From Bacillota bacterium (GTDB lineage: Bacteria; Bacillota_I; Bacilli_A; RFN20; CAG-826): a stretch of DNA of 64,000 nt. Shown in pieces: positions 24,237 to 32,345 of this stretch. The stretch lies in assembly GCA_030537155.1 (NCBI GenBank), contig JAUNOH010000001.1, forward strand, positions 47,574 to 111,573, given 5' to 3'. Both the position numbers and the translations under genes were made by a program. How positions within the stretch are numbered: the stretch's first letter is position 1; each line of letters begins with the position of its first letter. Below the pieces are notes generated by a model. The model was not told the DNA's origin, made no database searches, and saw only the letters and a program-made list of their open reading frames with translations.

Positions 24237-24527
24237 TTACTCGCTCACGTGGTCGTGGACGACGGCCAGTAGGTCGTTGACATGGTGGTCGGCAATCATA
24301 TAAAAGACCTTCGTCCCTTCTTTCCTGCTGGAGACGAGCTTGGCGTCTTTTAAAACCTTCAGCTGATGGGAAACCAAAGATTGGCTGGCCCCCACTTCCA
24401 GGACGATCTCATTGACCGACTTCTCGCTTTCGGCGATGGCATACATGATCTTCAATCTGGTGAAATCGGATGCGATGTTTAGCATCGCCTCCATCTTGTC
24501 CAGGGTTTCGTCATCGGGACATTTCAT
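24237..24527 (-). CDS. ArsR/SmtB family metalloregulator
   Basis: 96 aa; wHTH region SVNEIVLEVGASQSLVSHQLKVLKDAKLV; C-terminal DHHVNDLLAVVHDHV resembles an alpha5 (CzrA-type) metal site. It sits 10 nt upstream of the ATPase. Confidence 0.88.
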   Translation of the reverse strand: MKCPDDETLDKMEAMLNIASDFTRLKIMYAIAESEKSVNEIVLEVGASQSLVSHQLKVLKDAKLVSSRKEGTKVFYMIADHHVNDLLAVVHDHVSE

Positions 24528-24540
24528 AACCTACCTCCAA

Positions 24541-24594
24541 ATATGAACCATTTTTCATATTTACAACTATGATTATATGAATGAATTTTCATAT
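24541..24594. promoter_or_regulatory. Two tandem palindromic operators (ATATGAA-N6-TTCATAT) upstream of the arsR-ATPase operon
   Basis: Op1 is 24541..24560 (ATATGAACCATTTTTCATAT) and Op2 is 24575..24594 (ATATGAATGAATTTTCATAT). Both have perfect 7-bp arms, centres are 34 bp apart, and they lie 14-67 nt upstream of the ArsR start. TGAA...TTCA cores are typical of ArsR/SmtB operators. Confidence 0.7.
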
Positions 24595-24627
24595 TTCAAT
24601 ATAAAAAGAAATGGACCCAGGGGCCCA

Positions 24628-25140
24628 TTACATATTAAGAATCGAAATATCTTCGTCCGTATCGGCGTTTTTTAAACTTATCTTTCCCGTTTCAATCAAG
24701 GCATATCCCGGCCCGTCGTCTCTCGGATTCGAGATCGATCCGGGATTTAGATGGATGATTCCCTTCTCATCCTGATATAGCAATTTCACGTGGGTGTGCC
24801 CGTTCATGCACACGTCCCCTTTTCCATAATCCGCTTTGGAAAAAGGATGGTGCTGCATATGAAACATATGGCCATTCAGGTTGATGTCGCGCCTTAAAGG
24901 CAATTCGAATTCCAATCCCTCGCTTTCAGCTGATAAATCGCAGTTCCCACGGACGGCCAAAATCTTCTCTTTATGAAGATTCAACAGCTGCCTCACCTTC
25001 TCCTCCCCGTTATCGAAGCTACCATAAAGCAGATCGCCAAGGAGGATGATCTTATCGGGTTTATATTTGCCCAAGATGCGGGAGAGCCTCCAATAGCCTT
25101 TGAAGGATCCGTGGATGTCGGAAACAACCAAAATCAACAT
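24628..25140 (-). CDS. YfcE/MJ0936-family metallophosphoesterase
   Basis: 170 aa; contains MLILVVSDIHGS, GDLLYG, RGNCD and NGHTH motifs. Confidence 0.85.
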   Translation of the reverse strand: MLILVVSDIHGSFKGYWRLSRILGKYKPDKIILLGDLLYGSFDNGEEKVRQLLNLHKEKILAVRGNCDLSAESEGLEFELPLRRDINLNGHMFHMQHHPFSKADYGKGDVCMNGHTHVKLLYQDEKGIIHLNPGSISNPRDDGPGYALIETGKISLKNADTDEDISILNM

Positions 25141-25171
25141 GGCTAAATTTTACTATGGATGCGTGTAGAAT

Positions 25172-25774
25172 ATGCCCATGGAAAAAATGGCAGTTGAGGC
25201 GTTCGAGGAATTGCAGGACGCCAGCGTATATGCAATCGGGAAATGGCTCCGGTTGCCCGTGGCTCCCGGGTTAGCCAATGAGTTGACCTACCTAAATGGC
25301 GCCACCTCATATCTATTTGATTATCTATTCCAAAGCGGGCAGTCAGGCGCGGAGATATCTTCCCTGGTTTATGCGGAATTGGGTGCGGATTTCCGCGCTA
25401 AATCGCTTTCTTCTCAGGCCATGGAATTGCAAGAAAGAGTCACCGAAAAAGGCTTCCTCAGCAAAGAGAGCGAATTGGTCAAATACTTCAATTCCCTTTT
25501 GGAGACTGAGGATTATCTAAAAGACGCCTTAGCCGATCAGCAAGGTAAGCTCGCCCTCTCCTACATCGAGGCGTTGGCCGCCCTCGTCTTGAAGTATTAT
25601 CCCCAGCAGTCCCCTTTAAGGGTGTGCGAGGTCCTTTTCCTCAGGATGAGTCACTCCTTCTGCTACCTCTATAAGGTTGCCTATGAAAAGGCCTTCTATG
25701 AATTGACCAGCCAAGGATACTTCCTGGGAGTCGACGAAGCCTTCAACCGCATAAGCGGGGAAATATTGGATTAA
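25172..25774 (+). CDS. Hypothetical protein (predicted helical), no family recognised
   Basis: 200-aa ORF, one of the few plus-strand genes, ending at a bidirectional terminator. The start is uncertain: ATG at 25172 or 25178, with a TAGAAT hexamer at 25166..25171 directly abutting, so the mRNA may be leaderless. Confidence 0.5.
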   Translation: MPMEKMAVEAFEELQDASVYAIGKWLRLPVAPGLANELTYLNGATSYLFDYLFQSGQSGAEISSLVYAELGADFRAKSLSSQAMELQERVTEKGFLSKESELVKYFNSLLETEDYLKDALADQQGKLALSYIEALAALVLKYYPQQSPLRVCEVLFLRMSHSFCYLYKVAYEKAFYELTSQGYFLGVDEAFNRISGEILD

Positions 25775-25806
25775 AAAATGGCCTGATCGCTCAGGCCATT
25801 TTCTTT
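25773..25806. terminator. Bidirectional terminator between the hypothetical gene (+) and nusG (-)
   Basis: AAAAAATGGCCTGA-TCGC-TCAGGCCATTTTCTTT: a 9-bp stem flanked by an A-run and a T-run. Confidence 0.8.
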
Positions 25807-25811
25807 GCTCG

Positions 25812-26366
25812 TTAGATCTTCTCGATTTCGGAGAAGTCGACATCGGCCGGGGTCGTCCTTCCGAAGAAGACGGTCTCGACGCGGCAGACGCCGGTTTCCT
25901 TGTTGATGTCGATGATCTTGCCCTCGGTTCCCTCGAGGGTGCCGCCGATGATCTTGACGAGGTCACCGACGTGGTAACGGTCATACATCGACTGATCGAT
26001 TTCGCCCATCCTCTTCAAGACGGGTTCGATCTCCTCCCTGGTGACAGGGGTCGGCTTTTGACCGCCGCCGGAGGAACCAGCGATACCGGTGACGCCCGGG
26101 GTGTTACGGACGATGTACCAGGAATCATCGGTCATGATCATCTCAACGAAGATGTAACCGGGATATAGGTTCTTCATCTTGGTCTTGCCGGTGGGGAGGC
26201 CGTCCTTTAAGACGGGGACTTCAATCTCGGCGACCAGGACGCGCAGGATGTACTCCTGCATGTTCATGGTATCGATCCTCTTGCGGAGGTTATCGGCGGT
26301 TTTGGATTCGTGCTGCGAATAGGTGGTGACGATGTACCACTGCTTATCACCTAACTGGACTGGCAT
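25812..26366 (-). CDS. nusG: Transcription termination/antitermination factor NusG
   Basis: KQWYIVTTYSQHESKTADNLRKRI (NGN domain) and a C-terminal KOW motif (GDLVKIIGGTLEGTEGKIIDI). Confidence 0.95.
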   Translation of the reverse strand: MPVQLGDKQWYIVTTYSQHESKTADNLRKRIDTMNMQEYILRVLVAEIEVPVLKDGLPTGKTKMKNLYPGYIFVEMIMTDDSWYIVRNTPGVTGIAGSSGGGQKPTPVTREEIEPVLKRMGEIDQSMYDRYHVGDLVKIIGGTLEGTEGKIIDINKETGVCRVETVFFGRTTPADVDFSEIEKI

Positions 26367-26384
26367 TGTGCTTTATCTCCCTTT

Positions 26385-26666
26385 CTAGAAATTAAACGGC
26401 AACTTGAGTATGGACACGGCGGCCACGGTTCCGGACGAGCTGGAACTGCTGGAGCTGGTCTCGGGGATCAACCCCTCGAATAGGCTCTGTAACTGCTGGA
26501 TGAGGCTGCCGGCGGCATAATCCTCCAAAGCGAGGAAGACGCCGAAGAATAGCGAGATGATGACGACGGTGATGATCATCGGGACGAGGACATCGCGCTT
26601 GGGCCAGCGGACGCGCTTGCCCTCCTTGATGACCTCCTGGGTGTACTTGACTGGACCTTTTGCCAT
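26385..26666 (-). CDS. secE: Preprotein translocase subunit SecE with a C-terminal extension
   Basis: MAKGPVKYTQEVIKEGKRVRWPKRDVLVPMIITVVIISLFFGVFLAL is a SecE-like N-terminus plus single TM helix, sitting between rpmG and nusG. An extra ~35 aa includes SSSSSSSS. Confidence 0.85.
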   Translation of the reverse strand: MAKGPVKYTQEVIKEGKRVRWPKRDVLVPMIITVVIISLFFGVFLALEDYAAGSLIQQLQSLFEGLIPETSSSSSSSSGTVAAVSILKLPFNF

Positions 26667-26678
26667 AAACCAGCCTCC

Positions 26679-26828
26679 TTACTTGGATTCCTTATGCAGG
26701 GTGTGCTTGCCGCATTGGGGGCAATACTTCCTGAGCTCCAACCGAGTGGTAGCGTTTTTGCTCTTGTTGATCGAATAGTTTCTCGACAGGCATTCGCTGC
26801 AAATCAAAAAAACCTTTCCTTTCGCCAT
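26679..26828 (-). CDS. rpmG: 50S ribosomal protein L33 (49 aa, Zn-ribbon C+ form)
   Basis: Not in the ORF track (<60 aa). My translation is [49 protein letters not shown]. It is immediately upstream of secE, as in Bacillus. Confidence 0.93.
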   Translation of the reverse strand: MAKGKVFLICSECLSRNYSINKSKNATTRLELRKYCPQCGKHTLHKESK

Positions 26829-26858
26829 AAAACGTTATCCTCAGTATCAGCGTGATGA

Positions 26859-26887
26859 ATAATAGCCCTGACAAAGTCAGATGTCAA
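26859..26887 (-). promoter_or_regulatory. Near-consensus sigma-A promoter for rpmG-secE-nusG
   Basis: Minus strand: TTGACA (26887..26882), a 17-nt spacer, then TATTAT (26864..26859), about 30 nt upstream of the rpmG ATG. It is preceded by the hairpin AAACCC-AA-GGGTTT right after the upstream gene's stop. Confidence 0.7.
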
Positions 26888-26898
26888 ACCCTTGGGTT

Positions 26899-27903
26899 TC
26901 AGATACAGAAATTGTCGATGAAAACCTGAAGGGCGCCTTTCCGATCGGCCACCTCATCGTAACCATCGTAATGGACGTTCTTGTTCGTGTCGTAATCGGG
27001 GTTGATCTCCAAAATGGCGTCCTCGAGGTCGGAATTAACCTCATCGTCTTGGAAGATATAACCGGTGAGGATGACCCTTTCGAGGGCGCAGGTCGCGTCC
27101 GCGTTGACGATGGTCTTGGCCATCGCGGAGATGAATCTCTCGTATTGGGCGGGCTGGGCCTTGAGCATATCTAGGGCCTGTTCGGGTTCGGGCTTTTCAC
27201 CTTGAAGAAGGGCCCTGAACCAATACCCCTCGCCTAAGGTCTCGCCATCGACGTAAGTCCTAGCCACATCGGCGGCCTGGCCATTCCCGTCTTTGACGCA
27301 TTTGCCATTCACGAAGATGGCGGAGTCGACATAGGGTCCATATTTCAGTAGCAGGAAGTTATCGTCTTTTTGATGATGCAGCTTATAAATGCAGGCTAAC
27401 GATTCGACATAGCTTAGGCAATGATAGGGAAGCCGGCATTCATCAAGCACCGAGACGAATTCGATGTTCTCCTCGAGGAAACGCCCGAAGTTGTAATAAC
27501 CGCGGATGGTGACCCCGATTCCCATGATGGGGGTATACCCCTCCTTCAGCTGTTTGATGTAATCCGCCAGCTCCAGCAGGGTCATGATCTTTTTCTTCTC
27601 GACCTCGGCCCCGGTGAAATCGGTGAGGCAGACTAGATAGGAATGTCTCCTGATATCGATGCCGAGCATATAGAAGGCCTTGGGGTTGAGGCAGAGGTTT
27701 TCCTCGGTTCGCCCAACCTTGCCTGTCGGGGCCTCTTTGCCCTTTAGCAGGACCTTCTTCCTCACCAGCGGTTCGGCCGCCAAAGTAAGTCCCGGATAGG
27801 AGATCCCAAGCCTATCGGCCAAAGTCCTATTTGGCAACGAGCCCGAGACAAATAATTCCCGGCACATTTTCTTTTGGGTTTCGTTGAGATTTTTTACTTC
27901 CAT
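26899..27903 (-). CDS. ROK-family-like transcriptional regulator (degenerate)
   Basis: 334 aa; N-terminal wHTH (RTLADRLGISYPGLTLAAEPLVRKKVL) then GKVGRTEENLCLNPKAFYMLGIDIRRHSYLVCLTDFTGAEV, the typical ROK repressor junction. I could not find the ROK CxCGxxGC Zn motif. Confidence 0.55.
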   Translation of the reverse strand: MEVKNLNETQKKMCRELFVSGSLPNRTLADRLGISYPGLTLAAEPLVRKKVLLKGKEAPTGKVGRTEENLCLNPKAFYMLGIDIRRHSYLVCLTDFTGAEVEKKKIMTLLELADYIKQLKEGYTPIMGIGVTIRGYYNFGRFLEENIEFVSVLDECRLPYHCLSYVESLACIYKLHHQKDDNFLLLKYGPYVDSAIFVNGKCVKDGNGQAADVARTYVDGETLGEGYWFRALLQGEKPEPEQALDMLKAQPAQYERFISAMAKTIVNADATCALERVILTGYIFQDDEVNSDLEDAILEINPDYDTNKNVHYDGYDEVADRKGALQVFIDNFCI

Positions 27904-27994
27904 AGTTATTCCCCGATGCGAAGTTTATTAATTACCTAAATTATCCCTGAAGAAACACAAAATTTAAAGAGGAAGGAGCTTAATAATTTACTTT

Positions 27995-28639
27995 TTAGGA
28001 GAAGTAGTCAATTTTTGGGTGGGAAAGCTGCGATTTTACGAATTCCCGATAGACCCGGAGCTTGTGCCTTGCCTTGGCGATTGTATAACCGTTTTTGGCG
28101 GCCGCCTCACGGAGGGAATATCCCTCCACCAAATCACCGATCATATTAAGGCATTGCCTGTTAATCCCCTTTGGCAGCATCTCAAGCTTTGCCAAGGTCT
28201 CACAATATTCGTAATAAGGTTTAGGCCCCCAGGGGTCTTCCCCGTCGGCGACGATGTCATAAAGGCACATCGAATCCGCGGTTAGATTGACTTCCCAAGG
28301 CTGATCGAGACTGATGCACCGCAATACCGAGGTCGGCATGTTGGCCCGAAACAAAGACTTCAGCATCTCATGCTTAAATACCTTCTGGAGATAGTTCCTA
28401 AATAAAGCCTGCCCAAAGCGATAAGTCTGATAGGCATTGAGGTAAGCGATCTCAAAGGTGTAGGCCAACTCGTTTCTATCGAGCTTCCAATAGTCATCGG
28501 GGATGGCCCTGACGGCGTATTTCCTCATCAACGAATAATGGCGGGAGTGAAGCTCAATCTCCGCCGTAAAATTGCCCCGACGCGCCGAAAGTATCAGCGT
28601 TTCATCTGGGCTGCTTCTAAAACATTTCATAATCCCCAC
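27995..28639 (-). CDS. sigH: SigH-like alternative RNA polymerase sigma factor
   Basis: Similar in pattern to B. subtilis SigH (region 2: RHYSLMRKYAVRA...; region 4 HTH: GYSLREAAAKNGYTIAKARHKLRVYREFV). Position rlmB-[sigH]-rpmG-secE-nusG matches Bacillus synteny. The ORF-track start is a GTG; an ATG 9 nt downstream is an alternative. Confidence 0.6.
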   Translation of the reverse strand: MGIMKCFRSSPDETLILSARRGNFTAEIELHSRHYSLMRKYAVRAIPDDYWKLDRNELAYTFEIAYLNAYQTYRFGQALFRNYLQKVFKHEMLKSLFRANMPTSVLRCISLDQPWEVNLTADSMCLYDIVADGEDPWGPKPYYEYCETLAKLEMLPKGINRQCLNMIGDLVEGYSLREAAAKNGYTIAKARHKLRVYREFVKSQLSHPKIDYFS

Positions 28640-28654
28640 TTTCTGGGGCAGGAA

Positions 28655-29365
28655 CTATTTGCGGGATAAGGCGATCTGAGCCAACAAGATGGCGCTGGAG
28701 ACGGAGGCGTTGAGCGAATTGACGTGTCCGACCATCGGAATCTTGACGATGAAGTCGGAGTTCTTCAAAACGAGCCTCGAAATGCCAAAGCCCTCGCTCC
28801 CGACGATCAAGACGATCGGGCAACGGTAATCCACCTCGTCGTAGCTCTGTCTGGCTTCGCCGTCGGAGGCCACAACCCAGTAGCCCTTCAATTTGAGTTT
28901 CTCGATGGCTTGGTTGAGGTTGGTGACCGCGCAGACGTCGACCCAGCAGATGGCGCCGGTCGAGACTTTCGCTACCGTGGAATTGAGGGGGGCTTCGCCG
29001 CGGTTTTTGATGATTATGCCGTCGACTCCCAAGGCGTCGGCGCTCCTTAAAATGGCGCCAAGGTTATGGGGGTCTTCGATGCCATCAAGCATCAAAAGAA
29101 GCGGGTATTTGGACTGGCTCGCCTTCTGGATTAAGGCATCCAAGGAGACGGGTTCTATGTCCTGGCAGATCGCCACAAAGCCCTGATGAGAGGGATTTTT
29201 GGCCATCTTGGTTAGACTGGATTCATCGGCCAGCTTCACCTGGATCTGGTTGGCGCGGGCTAAAGAGACTACTTCGTCCTTCCCCAGCCTCCCCAAGGCA
29301 TGGAGGGTGACGACTTTGCCGGCTTTGAGGGCCTCACGCACGGCATTCCTGCCATAAATAATCAT
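28655..29365 (-). CDS. rlmB: 23S rRNA (guanosine-2'-O)-methyltransferase RlmB (SpoU/TrmH family)
   Basis: MIIYGRNAVREALKAG..., LLMLDGIEDPHNLGAILRSA, IVGSEGFGISR and IPMVGHVNSLNASVSSAILL. Confidence 0.9.
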   Translation of the reverse strand: MIIYGRNAVREALKAGKVVTLHALGRLGKDEVVSLARANQIQVKLADESSLTKMAKNPSHQGFVAICQDIEPVSLDALIQKASQSKYPLLLMLDGIEDPHNLGAILRSADALGVDGIIIKNRGEAPLNSTVAKVSTGAICWVDVCAVTNLNQAIEKLKLKGYWVVASDGEARQSYDEVDYRCPIVLIVGSEGFGISRLVLKNSDFIVKIPMVGHVNSLNASVSSAILLAQIALSRK

Positions 29366-29391
29366 AAACCAGTCCTTTCGGGGCGAAGCAC

Positions 29392-30147
29392 TTATTTATC
29401 GCCGCCTAGATTATGGATCGAAACTTTAATCTCGTAGGGGTGAACCCGATTCTTCAATTCTTCCATGAAGGCGGTCAGGGTGTTCTTGGTGGCTGAGGCG
29501 CAGCGGAAGGAAAGCCTAAGGCTGGAGTGCCCCTGATATTCGATCAGTTCGTTATGGACGTCATGGACGGTGATGCCATAACGGGAGGATACCTTTAAGA
29601 CATCCCCCATCACGGCCTTGTCGGCAGCATAGACCAAGAAGACCATCGGGTTTTTCTTAGCGGCCTTCCTTTCGATCTTCCTCATGGAGACGAGGGCGAT
29701 CAAGGAGATGGCCGTGCCGATGGCAGCAATTACAAAAGACCCCGAGCCGCAGGCCAAACCGATGGCCATGCATACCCATAAAGTCGTCGCGGTGGTCAAG
29801 CCACGGACGGAGATGCCGCTTTTGATGATGGTGCCGGCACCCAAAAAGCCGATGCCGGAAACGACTTGGGCGGCAAGCCTAGCCGGATCGCGAGTACCTT
29901 CCCAGGTGGAGAAGCCATAGAGGGAGACGACCATGACGATGGCCGAGCCGACGGCCACCAAAAGGTGGGTCCTAAGACCGGCGCTATGGCCGTGGGTCTC
30001 GCGCTCATAGCCAATTAAACCCGAGAAGAGGGCGGCGAAACCGATGGAAAAGAGAATTAAGAGGATGTTGCCGACGATCCCACCTGAAAAGTTGGTCCCA
30101 AAGTCACTGTTGAACCATTCGATGATGTACTTGTCGGCTAAATCCAT
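29392..30147 (-). CDS. mgtC: MgtC/SapB family membrane protein
   Basis: GLIGYERETHGHSAGLRTHLLVAVGSA...GIGFLGAGTIIK, plus a C-terminal soluble ACT-like domain. Confidence 0.85.
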   Translation of the reverse strand: MDLADKYIIEWFNSDFGTNFSGGIVGNILLILFSIGFAALFSGLIGYERETHGHSAGLRTHLLVAVGSAIVMVVSLYGFSTWEGTRDPARLAAQVVSGIGFLGAGTIIKSGISVRGLTTATTLWVCMAIGLACGSGSFVIAAIGTAISLIALVSMRKIERKAAKKNPMVFLVYAADKAVMGDVLKVSSRYGITVHDVHNELIEYQGHSSLRLSFRCASATKNTLTAFMEELKNRVHPYEIKVSIHNLGGDK

Positions 30148-30159
30148 GGATGTCCCTCC

Positions 30160-31509
30160 TTAAAGTATGCCCTTAGATTGAAGAAGAGCCCGCAAGCGGT
30201 CGCTCTCGGCATAGTTTTTGTTGGCTTTCTCTTGGAGATATTGCCCATATAAGGCCTTATCCTCATTCGAGAGAGTCGGATATTCTACCTTAATCCCCAA
30301 CGTAAAGAAATAGTCGCGGAGTTTGGCAAAGCTATCCGAGAGGTCGGAGAGGGAGGCATCCCTCCTCCTGAGCAGCTGGTTGGCGTTTTTGATTTCCTCA
30401 TAGACGATGGAGAGGGCGTTCGGGGTATTGAGGTCGTTGCAGATCTCGTTGAGGAAGGCTTCTTCGTCTGGCTTGGATAAAGAATTCAAATCGATGTTCT
30501 CCAACTGCAATTTGACGGCGAGCTGGCGGAAGCAGGTCTCGATTTTGGCGTAGTTGGATTGGGCTTCCTTTATCGTCTCCTCACTAAAGGAAACAGGGGC
30601 CCTATAATGGGCATTCAAAATCATGAGCCTAAATGGCATTCCACCAAAGGTGGCCACCACATCTTTCGTCAGCAAAACGTTGCCTAAGGATTTAGACATT
30701 TTTTCATTATTAATGGCGATGAAGCCGTTGTGCATCCAGTAGTTGGCAAGATGGTGTCCGTTATGGGCCCTGGATTGGGCGATCTCGTTCTCGTGATGCG
30801 GGAACTTTAAATCGAAGCCGCCGCCATGGATGTCGATTAAACCGCCCTGATCGGCGAAGATGGAGTTAATCATGACGCAGCACTCGGTGTGCCAGCCAGG
30901 TCTGCCCTCGCACCAGAGGCTCTGCCATTTGATGCCTTCCTCCGTATGTTTCCACAAGGCGAAGTCGAGGGGGCTTTCCTTCTCGTCGTTGACGTCGATC
31001 CTAGCCCCGGAAAGAAGCGAGGAGGGTGTGTTGCCGGAAAGCTCTCCATATTCGGCGTCGCTTTGGACGCGGAAATAGACGTCTCCCGAGGGGGTGGCAT
31101 AAGCCGCGCCTTTATCGACCAACTCTTTAATGTATTGGAGCATCTGATCCATGTAGACGGTGGGACGCGGGCTTTCATCCGGCTGCAAAGAACCGACAGC
31201 ATCGACAAGCGAGGAGAACTCCGAGATGACGCCTTTGGTCAATTCGGATTCGCTTATGCCAAGTTCTTTGGCCCGGTTGATGATCTTGTCGTCGACGTCG
31301 GTATAGTTGCTGACGAATTTGACTTCATAGCCAATCGACATCAAAGCCCGCCTTAAAACATCAAAGACGATGACGGGGCGGAAGTTGCCGATATGGGGCG
31401 AGGAATAGACGGTCGGGCCGCAGACATAAATCGAGGCCTTGCCCTCTTTGATGGGAACGAATTCCTCAATCTTATTGGTCAGGGAATTGAAAACGAAAAA
31501 TTTTCTCAT
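30160..31509 (-). CDS. cysS: Cysteine--tRNA ligase
   Basis: HIGNFRPV (HIGH) and KMSKSLGN motifs, plus the CGPTVY start region. Confidence 0.96.
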   Translation of the reverse strand: MRKFFVFNSLTNKIEEFVPIKEGKASIYVCGPTVYSSPHIGNFRPVIVFDVLRRALMSIGYEVKFVSNYTDVDDKIINRAKELGISESELTKGVISEFSSLVDAVGSLQPDESPRPTVYMDQMLQYIKELVDKGAAYATPSGDVYFRVQSDAEYGELSGNTPSSLLSGARIDVNDEKESPLDFALWKHTEEGIKWQSLWCEGRPGWHTECCVMINSIFADQGGLIDIHGGGFDLKFPHHENEIAQSRAHNGHHLANYWMHNGFIAINNEKMSKSLGNVLLTKDVVATFGGMPFRLMILNAHYRAPVSFSEETIKEAQSNYAKIETCFRQLAVKLQLENIDLNSLSKPDEEAFLNEICNDLNTPNALSIVYEEIKNANQLLRRRDASLSDLSDSFAKLRDYFFTLGIKVEYPTLSNEDKALYGQYLQEKANKNYAESDRLRALLQSKGIL

Positions 31510-31537
31510 AGAGAAATTATACTCCTTATATCAGCTC

Positions 31538-32215
31538 TTATCGTAGGACGATTTGGGCCAATTCCTTGGGTTTCTTGACTTGGAATTTGGTGAGTTCGAG
31601 CAGCTGCGGCTTATACTCGCCATAGCCCCATAGGCAGAGGCAACAATCCATGCCGGCGTTTTTGGCGGTCATGGCATCGGGAAGGGCATCCCCGACATAG
31701 AGGGCCTCGGATTTATCGACACCGTATTTAGCGGCCACCCTATCCAAGAGGGCGGGGTCCGGTTTGACGGGCACACCTTCGAGGGCGCCCTGGATTTCAT
31801 CGAACAAGTTCTTCCCGAAGTGTAATTGGAGGATTTCCTTGGCCAAGGCATCCGGTTTATTGGTGATGACGAACATCCGGATTCCGTTATCCTTGAGGAC
31901 CTTGCAGATTTCCTTGATGCCGTTAAAGGGCTTGGCGTGGTCGGCCTGATGCTCCTTATATAACGGGAGGTAGGCAGCCTTAAGCTGGGCAAAGGCCACC
32001 GGATCATCGGCTTTATCCTTTAAAGCCCTCCTGACCAACATATCGGCCCCATTCCCAATTAGGCATCTGGCCTCCTTGAGGGAAAATTGGTAATCATAGC
32101 CACATTGCTTCAAAGCCAGGTTGGTGGCGATCCTGATATCGGGAAGCGTCTCGAGCAACGTCCCATCGCAATCGAAGAAAACGTATTTGTACATAGCGGG
32201 CTTATTATAGCCCAA
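31538..32215 (-). CDS. HAD-superfamily hydrolase (phosphoglycolate phosphatase/PpaX-like)
   Basis: VFFDCDGTLLET (motif I), ITNKP (motif II), YVGDALPD (motif IV). Confidence 0.8.
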   Translation of the reverse strand: MGYNKPAMYKYVFFDCDGTLLETLPDIRIATNLALKQCGYDYQFSLKEARCLIGNGADMLVRRALKDKADDPVAFAQLKAAYLPLYKEHQADHAKPFNGIKEICKVLKDNGIRMFVITNKPDALAKEILQLHFGKNLFDEIQGALEGVPVKPDPALLDRVAAKYGVDKSEALYVGDALPDAMTAKNAGMDCCLCLWGYGEYKPQLLELTKFQVKKPKELAQIVLR

Positions 32216-32345
32216 CCCAATAACGGGTTGTCTTTAAATGATTCATCAATTCTGGTTCAAGATGGGACAATCCAGACGCGAACGGTGATGAGAAAATCCA
32301 CCACGGAGTTAAAATAATGCATCGTCTAAAGACGCAGGATAGAGA

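Noticed and set aside
26692-26874. 60-aa ORF (MSGLLFITLIL...) from the ORF track.
   Set aside because: It is out of frame with, and overlapping, the true 49-aa L33 gene (26679..26828), whose translation is canonical. The listed ORF also runs through the rpmG promoter.
31510-31537. Looked for a T-box leader upstream of cysS.
   Set aside because: Only 28 nt separate cysS from the upstream HAD gene, and the 130-nt region upstream of that gene is too short for a T-box and lacks one by eye.
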